Source: Candidatus Nomurabacteria bacterium (GTDB lineage Bacteria > Patescibacteriota > Minisyncoccia > Phycocordibacterales > CAIZLB01). From it: DNA of 64,000 nucleotides. The translations under genes were made by a program, and so were the position numbers. The stretch is taken from the NCBI GenBank assembly GCA_943356525.1, contig CALRFG010000005.1, positions 2,921-66,920 on the forward strand, given 5' to 3'. Below are positions 1-9,659 of this stretch, one piece after another. Under the pieces are notes generated by a model. That model did not search any database. It saw only the letters and a program-made list of their open reading frames with translations, and was not told the DNA's origin. Every line of letters begins with the position of its first letter. Position 1 is the first letter of the stretch.

Positions 1-413
1 AATTTTTCACTAGGGTTGTTTGAAAAGCTTTGTCCAAAGGTCCTTATTTCCTTAAGTAGTCCTGCATCCATTAAGTCTACAATCTTCCCAAGATCTCCTG
101 CATTTCTTGAAATACGATCAGGAGCCCATGTTAGGATACCGTTGTATTTGTTCGCCTTTATATCCTCGATTATCTCGTTAAAGACCTCACGTTGTCCTGT
201 TTCTTTGGCTGAGTGGCTTTCTCTCTTCATTGTTACAATCTCCAGGTTTTCTCTCTCAGCGAGCTGTAACATCTCTTTTATCTGTGAATCTATTGAAAGA
301 ACCTGTCTTTCCTCAGATTCGGTTGATTTTCTTGCATAAAGGCAGTATTTAACCTTTACTGCTACTTGTGCCAATTGTGGCATTTCATAACCGATCGGTG
401 CTGTTGTTTTCAT
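1..413 (-). CDS. Serine recombinase (resolvase/invertase catalytic domain), N-terminal ~137 aa. The gene runs off the left window edge.
   Basis: Reverse-strand translation from ATG at 413: MKTTAPIGYEMPQLAQVAVKVKYCLYARKSTESEERQVLSIDSQIKEML...ILTWAPDRISRNAGDL. It shows the YxRxSTxxQ catalytic Ser motif and the resolvase DR(I/L)sR motif. It is absent from the ORF track only because it is truncated. Confidence 0.75.
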   Translation of the reverse strand, partial: MKTTAPIGYEMPQLAQVAVKVKYCLYARKSTESEERQVLSIDSQIKEMLQLAERENLEIVTMKRESHSAKETGQREVFNEIIEDIKANKYNGILTWAPDRISRNAGDLGKIVDLMDAGLLKEIRTFGQSFSNNPSEK

Positions 414-520
414 ATATACATTGATGACGCAAAAGTGAGAGTAAGTCTAGGGTTTTTGTTGATTGTAAAAGTTTATCCTGTTTACCAAAATACTTTAAAA
501 ATAAAGGTTTTTATAGTAAG

Positions 521-3500
521 ATGGATAATATGTCTACCTCAATAAATAATATTGGCGATAATACACTTTCTTCAAATTTAAAGAGTATTTTACCAAATTG
601 TGACAAAATAGATGCACTGGTTGGATATTTTTATTTCTCTGGATTTAAGGATTTACATAATGAATTAGCAGATAAACAGATAAGAATATTGGTTGGAATG
701 GATATTGATAAAAAGATTATAGATAAAGTTTCAACATTAAAAGATCTTAATTTAGATTCACATACAACTGATACAAAAATATCTTCTAGATCTGGATCAA
801 AGGATGATTATATTGAAAATTTTTCAAGGATTTTTAACGACACAGACTTTTTTGACAATGATGAGTCACAAAAATCTTTTGAGGTATTTCTGGATAAAAT
901 CAAAGACGGTAGTTTACAAATTAAAAAAACTCCACAAGCAAATCATTCTAAATTTTATATATTACATAATAAACCCGAATTCTCGACAAATGGAATAACT
1001 CCGGGTATTGTCATAGAAGGATCTAGTAACCTAACTTTCTCAGGTCTAAAAGGTCAAGGTGAGCATAATCGTATTTTAACCGAAAAACATTATTATGAAG
1101 AGGATGTTAAAAGATTTAATGAGACATGGGCTGATCCTAATAACATTATCATAACAGATTTAGATTCCGCAGAGAGTTTTATAAAAGAGATAAAAGATAA
1201 AATATGGCTCTATGCTCTGCCTGATCCAATGTTGATGTACTATAAGGTTTTAAGTGAGTATTTTGCAGTCTCCGAAATAGAAGATATGAAAACCCCAAAA
1301 CATATAACAGGCGGGAAGTTCTCTGATCTTAAGTATCAAAAAGATGCGATTAATCTAGGTATAGATCGTATTAAGAAATTCGGCGGCGTGATTATTGCTG
1401 ACGTGGTGGGTTTAGGTAAAAGTATTATCGCTTCTGCAATAGCTCATAATTTAGGATATAAAACTATAATCATTGCACCACCTCATCTTGAAAGTCAATG
1501 GAAAGATTATGCATCGGAATTTGATTTTAAGGGTCATATTTATTCAACAGGAAAAATAGAAGATGCCCTTCAAAGACATGAAGACGATAAAGGTAAGTTG
1601 TTAATAATACTAGATGAGGCTCATAAACACCGAAATGAGGATACTGGTAATTATAAATCTCTGCACAGACTTTGTGCAGGTAATTATGTAATGGCTTTAT
1701 CTGCAACACCTTTTAATAACGACCCAAAAGATATTTATGCCTTAATTAAATTATTTAGTACCCCCGGTCAATCAACAATAAGGACTGTTGAAAATTTAAG
1801 TATGTCATTCCATATGTTATTTAAAAGATACAAGGCTGTTCGGAGGGATTTAAGAAAAAATTCAAAAGATGAATCAGATGGTTCCGAAATTAAGATAGAA
1901 CTTCATTCAATTGCTGATGAATTAAGAAAAATGATCGAACCTCTTATTATAAGACGTTCTAGACTTGATTTGGAAGAGATCGATGAATATCGAGAGGACT
2001 TAAAAGCACAAGGTGTTGCTTTTGCGAAAGTAAAAGATCCTCAATTGTTAGAGTATGACCTTGGAGAAATGTTTGATTTATATGTTGAAACTCTTGAGAA
2101 GATAGCACCTGAAGATAAAAGTACTAGTTTTATAGGTGCCAGATATAAACCAGCGTCATATATAAATGAAGGATCAAAATTTTTAGAAAAACTTATTGAG
2201 CAGGATGATGAGGATGGTATGTCTGCTGAAGAAAAGTTGCAGAGAATTACTCAAGCGCAAAGTAACCTCGCTCGTTTTATGAGAAGACTTTTGGTACGTC
2301 GTTTTGAAAGTTCTATAGGTGCTTTCAAGTTGTCTTTAAAAAATATGATTGATTCTTCTGAAATAATGTTAGATTGGTATGTGAATCGTCGTGAGGTTCC
2401 TATATTTAAAAAAGGAATGTTGCCAGATACAGAATATTTAGATGAATTACCTGACAATGAGTTAGATGCTTTGATTCTAAATTTAGAAGAAAAAGGTTTG
2501 ATTAGAATACCTATTAATGAATTAAAATCTGACTTTATCAATGATCTTCAGCATGATATTAGTATATTAAGAGATATAGATAATGCTTGGTCAAACAAAA
2601 CAACTGATCCTAAATATAATTTTTTCAAACAAAAAATTATTCAATCACTTGAAGAAAATTCAAATAGAAAAATTGTAGTATTTACCGAATTCTCTGACAC
2701 TGCTAATTATGTGTTTGAAAAGTTAAAAAAAGATGGATTAAATAGGGCTTTTAAATATAGTTCTGAAGACGCATCTGATGATAATAAAAAAATAATAAAA
2801 CAAAACTTTGACGCAGGTTTAGATGAATCAAAACAGGTTAACGATTTTGATATTATTATTGCCACTGATGCAATTTCAGAAGGGTTCAATCTTCACAGGG
2901 CGGGTGCAATTATTAACTATGACATACCTTATAATCCAACACGTGTAATTCAACGTGTTGGACGTATTAATCGTATAAACAGAAAAGTGTTTGAAGAATT
3001 GTATATCTATAACTTTTTCCCAACACTTACTGGTGAAAAAGAAACAAGAACTAAAGCTATATCTACACTTAAGATGGATTTGATCCACACCCTTTTAGGT
3101 GAAGATACTAAAACCTTAACTTCAGAAGAGGATCTTCATAATTATTTTGCAAAACAATATAATGAAGAAAATAATAAAAATGAAAGTTTATCTTGGGATG
3201 CTCCATATAGAAACATGTGGCTTAAGATAAAAGATGATAAGAATATTATGGATCAAATATCTCGTATTCCTCATCGATCAAGAATTGCACGTAAAAATAA
3301 AGATGTCGATGGTGTTGTAGCTTTTGCAAAAAAAGGAAGTAGTTATGTGTTTGCTTTTGGTAAAACACCTGAAACCGTTGAAATAGTTTCTCCAAGAATT
3401 GCATTACCTTTATTTAATCAAGTTCTAGATTCTGAAACATCCTCACAGACAACTGTAAATTTTGATCCTATATACAAAATGGCAAAAGATCACATCTTTA

Positions 3501-3823
3501 AAGATAATACAAAAGCATCTGTTGATGGAGGTAGAAAGCAAGATTCTCTGAATAGAATTAAATTATTAAGTGAATTGTATCCACAAGCAAAAGATTTGTG
3601 TTTAGATATTATAAGATCAATCAAAGATCTGGATGCGTTACCAAATGGTGTTCTTAAGGAAATTGTTGAACTTCGTATTGATAAAACTAATCCAGAAAAA
3701 GCGTATCTTGAACTAAAAGAACTTATCCCAAGTAAATATCTAGAAAGTATATTTGAAACTGCTGATAGAGCAAATGATGATAGTCAACTAATTGTTCTTT
3801 CTGAAGAATTAATTAAAATATGA
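521..3823 (+). CDS. Fusion of an HKD (phospholipase-D family) nuclease domain and an SNF2-family helicase. Likely the restriction/translocase subunit of an RM-like defence module.
   Basis: The N-terminus carries HSKFYILHNK...GSSNLT (HxK(x)4D...GSxN PLD motif). Helicase motif I is ADVVGLGKSIIA, motif II is ILDEAHKHRN (DEAH), and motif III is SNF2-type LSATPFNNDPKDIYALIKLF. The C-lobe reads IIIATDAISEGFNLH...QRVGRINR. The gene overlaps the next gene by ATGA. Confidence 0.8.
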   Translation: MDNMSTSINNIGDNTLSSNLKSILPNCDKIDALVGYFYFSGFKDLHNELADKQIRILVGMDIDKKIIDKVSTLKDLNLDSHTTDTKISSRSGSKDDYIENFSRIFNDTDFFDNDESQKSFEVFLDKIKDGSLQIKKTPQANHSKFYILHNKPEFSTNGITPGIVIEGSSNLTFSGLKGQGEHNRILTEKHYYEEDVKRFNETWADPNNIIITDLDSAESFIKEIKDKIWLYALPDPMLMYYKVLSEYFAVSEIEDMKTPKHITGGKFSDLKYQKDAINLGIDRIKKFGGVIIADVVGLGKSIIASAIAHNLGYKTIIIAPPHLESQWKDYASEFDFKGHIYSTGKIEDALQRHEDDKGKLLIILDEAHKHRNEDTGNYKSLHRLCAGNYVMALSATPFNNDPKDIYALIKLFSTPGQSTIRTVENLSMSFHMLFKRYKAVRRDLRKNSKDESDGSEIKIELHSIADELRKMIEPLIIRRSRLDLEEIDEYREDLKAQGVAFAKVKDPQLLEYDLGEMFDLYVETLEKIAPEDKSTSFIGARYKPASYINEGSKFLEKLIEQDDEDGMSAEEKLQRITQAQSNLARFMRRLLVRRFESSIGAFKLSLKNMIDSSEIMLDWYVNRREVPIFKKGMLPDTEYLDELPDNELDALILNLEEKGLIRIPINELKSDFINDLQHDISILRDIDNAWSNKTTDPKYNFFKQKIIQSLEENSNRKIVVFTEFSDTANYVFEKLKKDGLNRAFKYSSEDASDDNKKIIKQNFDAGLDESKQVNDFDIIIATDAISEGFNLHRAGAIINYDIPYNPTRVIQRVGRINRINRKVFEELYIYNFFPTLTGEKETRTKAISTLKMDLIHTLLGEDTKTLTSEEDLHNYFAKQYNEENNKNESLSWDAPYRNMWLKIKDDKNIMDQISRIPHRSRIARKNKDVDGVVAFAKKGSSYVFAFGKTPETVEIVSPRIALPLFNQVLDSETSSQTTVNFDPIYKMAKDHIFKDNTKASVDGGRKQDSLNRIKLLSELYPQAKDLCLDIIRSIKDLDALPNGVLKEIVELRIDKTNPEKAYLELKELIPSKYLESIFETADRANDDSQLIVLSEELIKI

Positions 3824-6800
3824 AATTAAACGAAAAATACAATCAAACTTATTTTACTGAATTTGTGGCAAATCTTTTACCAGAAGATTTTGTTTTACGT
3901 GAGGAAGATATAATAATTAAAAAAGATAGGTATAAGGAAATAACCAAGGCAAAAGAACTTGGTTTTTGTAAGTCTTTAGATTTACATGTTTTAGAAATGG
4001 ATCATAATCACAACAAAGACCCTAGGGTTATTATTGCTACTGATGCGTTTAAGATATTGGCAGATCATTGGATTAATAAGGCACTAGTTATATTTAAAAA
4101 TAACGATTCAGAAAATTATCGTCTCTCGTACCTAACCATAAATCTTGATTTAAATGATAAAAACAAAATAATTAAAAATTACTCTAATGCCAGAAGATAT
4201 TCATTTTATCTAGGTGTTGGTGCTAAAACAAAAACACCTGAACAACAACTTTTGGGGAAGGGTAAGATAAAAGACCTAGAGGATTTACTTAACAGGTTTT
4301 CTGTTGAGGTAGTTAATAAACAGTTCTATTTAGAAGTTGCTAAGTTTTTCGACGAACTTGTTTCTGTTGATAAAGAAAATTTGGTTACACTTAATCCATT
4401 AAATGTTGGTTTAAACGCTCGAAAAAGTTTTGCTGTAAGACTTATTGGACGTATTATGTTTTGTTGGTTTCTTAAGCAAAAAAAATCTGACAGAGGTCAA
4501 TTAATTCCAGATGAAATACTGTCCTCTAAGGCTGTGTCTGGTAATTATTATCACAACATTTTAGAGCCTTTATTTTTTGGTATTTTAAACACAAGTATTG
4601 ACGCACGTGACATAAGAAGTGAATTATTTGATAATGTTCCTTATTTAAACGGTGGATTATTTAATCCTCAGGCTGATGATTATTATGAGTTAAATCGTGA
4701 TACTTTTGTTTCTAAATATGTAGATATTTTTACTATAAAAGATGATTGGTTTATAAAATTCTTTGAGCTTCTAGAGTTGTATAATTTCACCATTGATGAG
4801 AATACTGTTTTTGATCAAGAATTGTCTGTTGATCCTGAAATGTTGGGTCGTATTTTTGAAAATTTACTTGCTGAAATTAATCCAGAGACAGGTAGTAGTG
4901 AGCGTAAAAGAACAGGTAGTTTTTATACACCAAGGCAGATTGTAGAGTACATGGTTGATCAATCGTTGATTGAATATTTAGAAATAAATACTGGTATAGA
5001 AAATGGGAAAATAGCCGCCCTCGTTAGTTATGATTTAAATGATGATACAGAAAACCCTATTAATGATGAAGAAAAAAAGAAAATTATATATGCTCTTGAA
5101 TCTTTAAAGATATTAGATCCTGCCTGTGGATCTGGTGCTTATCCAATAGGTGTATTACAAAAAATTGTATATATACTTCAACAAATTGATCCAGATTGTA
5201 CCATGTGGTTAGATGAAAAACTTGTGGGTGTGTCGGATTTATATAAACAAAAAATAATCAACGAGGTAAAACAAAATCCTTTTGACTACACTAGAAAATT
5301 AGATGTAATTAAGAATTCTATTTTTGGTGTTGATATTCAACCCATTGCTGTAGATGTGGCTCGTTTAAGATGTTTCCTGACTTTGATTGTAGAATCTGAA
5401 ATTAATGATACAAAACCAAATAGGGGTATAGAACCATTACCAAACTTAGATTTTAAATTTGTGTGTGCTAACACTCTTATATCAGCACCTGAGCAAAGTA
5501 TTGAAGATGAAAACACTCTCTTCGGTGATTTTTTTCAAGAAAAAATGACTTCTGCCATAGATAGATATTTTTCATCATCTGGAGAAAATAAAAGAAGTGC
5601 TAATAATGAAATACATAAATTAATTGATGGAAAAATAGAAGAAAAAATAGGTCATATTGCAAATTTCACTTCACTTGGAGGTATTAAAGAGATTGAAGAG
5701 ATGCTTATAAAGGCTAATAAAAAAGATATAGACAAACATTCAAATATACTTAAATTATGGGCTAGTTATAAAAATATTTTTGAAAATAAACCTGTAGATT
5801 TTTTTGATACTAAATATTTTTTCCCGGGAATTAAAGATGGTTTTGATATAGTTATAGGTAATCCTCCTTATGTTCAAATTCAGAAGTTTTCAGGTACTGA
5901 GGTACAAAAAAATCTCCAAGATCAAAATTATAAAACTTTTGAAAAAACAGGTGACTTGTATGCTTTATTTTATGAGAGGGGTTTAATGTTAACAAAAAAG
6001 GATTATGGATTGCTTTGTTATATTACTTCAAATAAGTGGATGAGATCTGAATACGGAAGATCTCTTCGTCAATATTTTGTTGAACATGATCCTAAGATTC
6101 TTATTGATCTTGGGGGAAATGTTTTTGAATCTGCTACTGTTGATACGAATATTTTATTAATACAAAATAGAAAAAACAGAAAAGAAACAAGCGTGGTTTC
6201 TGTTAAAAGCGATAAGGGTGAATTTGGTACTCAAATAAAAAAAGATTCTATAAATATGTCTTTTTCAAACAACGACGGTTGGTTCATTGGATCTTTGTCA
6301 GAAATAGGTTTGAAAAATAAGATAGAAAAAATAGGAAAAAGACTTAAAGATTGGGATATTAAAATAAATTATGGAATAAAAACAGGTTACAATGAAGCTT
6401 TTGTTATCACAAAAGAAAAAAGAGATGAATTAATAAGTAAAGATTTTAAATCAGCTGAAATTATAAAGCCGATATTAAGAGGTAGAGATATAAAAAGATA
6501 TGCTTATGATTTTAAAGATTTGTATATTATAGCAACTGGTTATGATTTAGATGTGCCAAATATGTACCCAGCTATTTTTAATCATTTAAAACAATTTGAA
6601 CAAAAAGCAAAAAAGAGATGTGATAAGGGTAAGAATTGGTGGAATCTTCGGGCCTGTGTTTACTACGATGATTTTGCAAAAGATAAGGTTGTATGGGCAG
6701 AGACAGATCAAAACCTGAATAGTGTTTTAATTTCTGACGAATTTTATTTACAGAAAACTTGCTTTATGATTACTGGATCCAACTTGAAGTACATAAATGC

Positions 6801-7086
6801 TTTATTAAATTCAAAAATTTCTCAATATAATATTAGATCAATATGCTCTGGTTTAGGAGAAAAGGGTATGAGTTTAACCAAAGAATCAGTATCTAAGTTA
6901 CAAATTCCACCTATCACTAAAGAAAATCAAGATATTATTTCTAATATAGAAGCACTTGCTGGTCAAATCATTGAAGCAAAAAAATCAAATCTAGATTTAA
7001 CCACAAAGCATTTAGAAGCAAAAATTGATGATCTTGTATATAAACTATATGAATTGACTGAAAATGAAATAAAAATTATAGATTAA
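3820..7086 (+). CDS. Eco57I/MmeI/PglX-family (gamma-class) N6-adenine DNA methyltransferase with a C-terminal target-recognition domain. DrmMI/Type IIG-like.
   Basis: SFYTPRQIVEYMVDQ (FYTP motif X) is followed by ILDPACGSGAYP (motif I, FxGxG) and IVIGNPPYVQIQ (motif IV, NPPY). About 330 aa precede the MTase core and a ~380-aa C-terminal region is typical of a TRD. The 4-bp overlap with the upstream helicase implies translational coupling. Confidence 0.8.
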   Translation: MKLNEKYNQTYFTEFVANLLPEDFVLREEDIIIKKDRYKEITKAKELGFCKSLDLHVLEMDHNHNKDPRVIIATDAFKILADHWINKALVIFKNNDSENYRLSYLTINLDLNDKNKIIKNYSNARRYSFYLGVGAKTKTPEQQLLGKGKIKDLEDLLNRFSVEVVNKQFYLEVAKFFDELVSVDKENLVTLNPLNVGLNARKSFAVRLIGRIMFCWFLKQKKSDRGQLIPDEILSSKAVSGNYYHNILEPLFFGILNTSIDARDIRSELFDNVPYLNGGLFNPQADDYYELNRDTFVSKYVDIFTIKDDWFIKFFELLELYNFTIDENTVFDQELSVDPEMLGRIFENLLAEINPETGSSERKRTGSFYTPRQIVEYMVDQSLIEYLEINTGIENGKIAALVSYDLNDDTENPINDEEKKKIIYALESLKILDPACGSGAYPIGVLQKIVYILQQIDPDCTMWLDEKLVGVSDLYKQKIINEVKQNPFDYTRKLDVIKNSIFGVDIQPIAVDVARLRCFLTLIVESEINDTKPNRGIEPLPNLDFKFVCANTLISAPEQSIEDENTLFGDFFQEKMTSAIDRYFSSSGENKRSANNEIHKLIDGKIEEKIGHIANFTSLGGIKEIEEMLIKANKKDIDKHSNILKLWASYKNIFENKPVDFFDTKYFFPGIKDGFDIVIGNPPYVQIQKFSGTEVQKNLQDQNYKTFEKTGDLYALFYERGLMLTKKDYGLLCYITSNKWMRSEYGRSLRQYFVEHDPKILIDLGGNVFESATVDTNILLIQNRKNRKETSVVSVKSDKGEFGTQIKKDSINMSFSNNDGWFIGSLSEIGLKNKIEKIGKRLKDWDIKINYGIKTGYNEAFVITKEKRDELISKDFKSAEIIKPILRGRDIKRYAYDFKDLYIIATGYDLDVPNMYPAIFNHLKQFEQKAKKRCDKGKNWWNLRACVYYDDFAKDKVVWAETDQNLNSVLISDEFYLQKTCFMITGSNLKYINALLNSKISQYNIRSICSGLGEKGMSLTKESVSKLQIPPITKENQDIISNIEALAGQIIEAKKSNLDLTTKHLEAKIDDLVYKLYELTENEIKIID

Positions 7087-7394
7087 CTTTGTTAATAGTG
7101 TGGTGTTGGTAACTTAACTACACAAATCCTTTTTATTAAGCTAAGCTTTAAAAGTACCTAAAAAATTGGTATAATCAAATCACAATTTAACAGTCGACCT
7201 AACCCCTAAAAGCCTTGTGTTTCTAGGATATGGTTGCAAATCCGTCCAAAGTAAAGAACTCCTAGTCAGGGTTCACTTTGGACGGTCATATCTGGAAACA
7301 GGTATGGACACTCCCTACGGGGTTTGTCGACCTGGCTAGGAGCTTTTTACTACCTAGTCAGATCACAATTAATCATAAAAAACCGTCCAAATTT

Positions 7395-7736
7395 ATGAAA
7401 AAAATAATTAGTAGTATTTTTAATTCTACAACCGCACTCATACTTGGTATATTAGTTTTAATTTCAGGAGCTAATCCGGGTCAGTATGGAAATTTAGCAA
7501 CAGGTTTTCTTATTATAATCGGAACCTTAGCATATAGGTCAGCTAAAAAAAGAATTGCATCAGGTTCTAAAAATAACACTAAGTTTGTTTTTGAGATAAT
7601 TGCAATGATTGTAATTGTTCTCACAATTATACTTCAAAACAACCTTGCTCAAGTTCTTGTGGAGGATCCTTTTCCGAATCTAATAATCCCTGCAATATTG
7701 ATAGGTTCATATATTAATATTATAAGAAAAAAATAA
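7395..7736 (+). CDS. Small hydrophobic membrane protein (hypothetical).
   Basis: The ATG at 7395 (MKKIISSIF...) sits inside track ORF 7278..7736. Several predicted TM segments. The long upstream region is structured and non-coding. Confidence 0.4.
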   Translation: MKKIISSIFNSTTALILGILVLISGANPGQYGNLATGFLIIIGTLAYRSAKKRIASGSKNNTKFVFEIIAMIVIVLTIILQNNLAQVLVEDPFPNLIIPAILIGSYINIIRKK

Positions 7737-7777
7737 TCATATAAATAAATACCACAGATTACTCTGTGGTATTTACG

Positions 7778-8311
7778 TTACTCACTCTCATAGGTTTCTT
7801 GTTCGTCAGATTGATCCATCATTTCCTTGAATGTTCCGTTGTGTACCATCTCAACTAATTTTTCTACCTCTTCCTCAGACATGTTTTCTTTCTCGGCTAC
7901 ATATGCAATATTCTCTAAGTATTCCATCTCTTCTTTCGTTAAAGCAATAACGTTAGGTATGCGAGCATGTGCATATGCTGGAGAATCGTGATAATTCCTG
8001 TCTTTCAAAGTTTCAATTCTGTATTTTCGGTTCATGTAATTACCATGATTGTTTTCAAGATAGAATTTGATAGCACCGAAGTGACCTTCTTTAATCTTTT
8101 TGAACAATGCAGACTCTGTAAGCTCAATCATACACTTGTGTCCTTCTTGTAATGCTCCATTTACATTGATTTGAAACATCTTATCGCTCCTCATCCAACG
8201 ATAGAAAGTGTTACGAGATATACCAACTTTTTTGGTCGCATGGTTTATGAAAGGGGCATCACGAAGAATATCGACGATATCTTGCTTAAACTTGTTGTGG
8301 TTGAGACTCAT
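7778..8311 (-). CDS. Phage-type HTH DNA-binding protein, terminase small subunit-like.
   Basis: ATKKVGISRNTFYRWMRSDKMF helix-turn-helix near the N-terminus and an acidic C-terminus. Its start overlaps the upstream ParB-MTase stop by 26 bp. This pairing is common in phage packaging modules. Confidence 0.4.
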   Translation of the reverse strand: MSLNHNKFKQDIVDILRDAPFINHATKKVGISRNTFYRWMRSDKMFQINVNGALQEGHKCMIELTESALFKKIKEGHFGAIKFYLENNHGNYMNRKYRIETLKDRNYHDSPAYAHARIPNVIALTKEEMEYLENIAYVAEKENMSEEEVEKLVEMVHNGTFKEMMDQSDEQETYESE

Positions 8312-9659
8312 GAATTTTTACCCGTTTTTTACCGGTTAATTTTTCCCAACGATTTAGTATTACTTCAGCATACACAGGAGACTTCTCCATGATGAAGCAT
8401 TTTCTGTGTAGCTTTGTTGAAGCGATAAGTGTCGATCCAGATCCACCGAAAGGTTCAAGAACGAGCTGTCCTCGTTTGGTGAGTACTTTGATATATGGAA
8501 TCAGAATCTCGATTGGTTTCGTACCGAATATTATCCCTTGTCCCGATGACTTCTCATCAGCTGCATTGTAATCAATGAAATCAGTTGGACAGAATTTCTT
8601 TCCTTTACCATATGACTCCCAATGAGGTTTACCTTGAATAGCAAAGAGGGCGGTCTCGTATTCATTCTGTAATAACTGATCATCTTCAGGTTCAATATCA
8701 CATTCGATATTTTCATCCGATGTAGCAACCATGGCTATGTCATGTTTGTTAAAGAACTTATGAGTTCCTGCATAACCTTGATTACGATTCGGAAGTCTCC
8801 ACACGACCATGTTTCTTACTTTCCAATGCTTATCCATCTCACCCCAAATGGTTCGAATGTTTTTCCAATTCTCATAGCAAATGATTGAGAAATCTTTTGC
8901 TTGAACTTTGGTGACGTTTGCCATCCATAATTCTGTGAAGTTGTCAGGTAATATATCTGTCTCAAGATATCTGCGATTTTTCTTAGCACCAAATCCTGTA
9001 ACAGCATCTCCATGTTTTCCTTTACCGTGTAGGTAATCTAGAATATATGGAGGATCTGTCATCACCATGTCTACCTTATTTTCGCCACATAGCATCAGCA
9101 TGTTTTCTTCGATGGTGGAATCACCGCACATTAAGCGTGATCCATCTAGATCATATATGTCACCTTTTTGCACCGTTACGTTTTCAATACCAACCTTACT
9201 CAACTCTTTTTCAAGATCAAATATGGTTTCGGTATCCTCGTCCTCGAATATCTGATCAAGCTCAATAGAATCAAATCCCAAGTCTTCAAGAAATGACTCG
9301 TCGAACTTAGCTAATAATTCTAAATCCCATTCACCCTGGTTTTTGTTAAGACGAAGACACAGCTCTTTTTCTTTATCTAGATCTGGAATATTAATGTATA
9401 CGACAGGAACTTCTGTGTATCCAAGCTCTTTGAGAACTTTGAGTCTGAAGTTTCCTCCGATGACAATATTTTTTCTTTCTTCGGCAGAGTTGGCAAGGAT
9501 AGGATCAACTATGCCGTAGCGAGTGATACTATCTTTTAACTCTTTTGTATTTTGTTCTGACCAAGTCCGTGGATTATAGTCAGGGGAGATTAGTAAGTTT
9601 GTTTCGATGTACACGACATCAAGTTTTGGATCATTTGACCCTATGTTTATGTTTTGCAT
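8286..9659 (-). CDS. ParB-like nuclease domain fused to a beta-class (N4-C/N6-A) DNA methyltransferase. Phage-type orphan methylase.
   Basis: The N-terminus is ParBc-like (YNPRTWSEQNTKELKDSITRYGIVDPILAN). The MTase has motif IV VMTDPPY upstream of motif I FGGSGST, which is the beta-class order. Confidence 0.8.
   Translation of the reverse strand: MQNINIGSNDPKLDVVYIETNLLISPDYNPRTWSEQNTKELKDSITRYGIVDPILANSAEERKNIVIGGNFRLKVLKELGYTEVPVVYINIPDLDKEKELCLRLNKNQGEWDLELLAKFDESFLEDLGFDSIELDQIFEDEDTETIFDLEKELSKVGIENVTVQKGDIYDLDGSRLMCGDSTIEENMLMLCGENKVDMVMTDPPYILDYLHGKGKHGDAVTGFGAKKNRRYLETDILPDNFTELWMANVTKVQAKDFSIICYENWKNIRTIWGEMDKHWKVRNMVVWRLPNRNQGYAGTHKFFNKHDIAMVATSDENIECDIEPEDDQLLQNEYETALFAIQGKPHWESYGKGKKFCPTDFIDYNAADEKSSGQGIIFGTKPIEILIPYIKVLTKRGQLVLEPFGGSGSTLIASTKLHRKCFIMEKSPVYAEVILNRWEKLTGKKRVKIHESQPQQV

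Noticed and set aside
16-339. 107-aa plus-strand ORF in the ORF track.
   Set aside because: It is the antisense shadow of the minus-strand serine recombinase gene (1-413), whose translation carries clear catalytic motifs. The plus-frame product is low-complexity with no motif.
804-3088. Small sense/antisense ORFs nested in the helicase gene (804..998, 1527..1709 -, 2251..2541 -, 2707..2889 -, 2876..3088 -).
   Set aside because: They are fully contained in a long ORF with strong helicase motifs and have AT-rich low-complexity translations.
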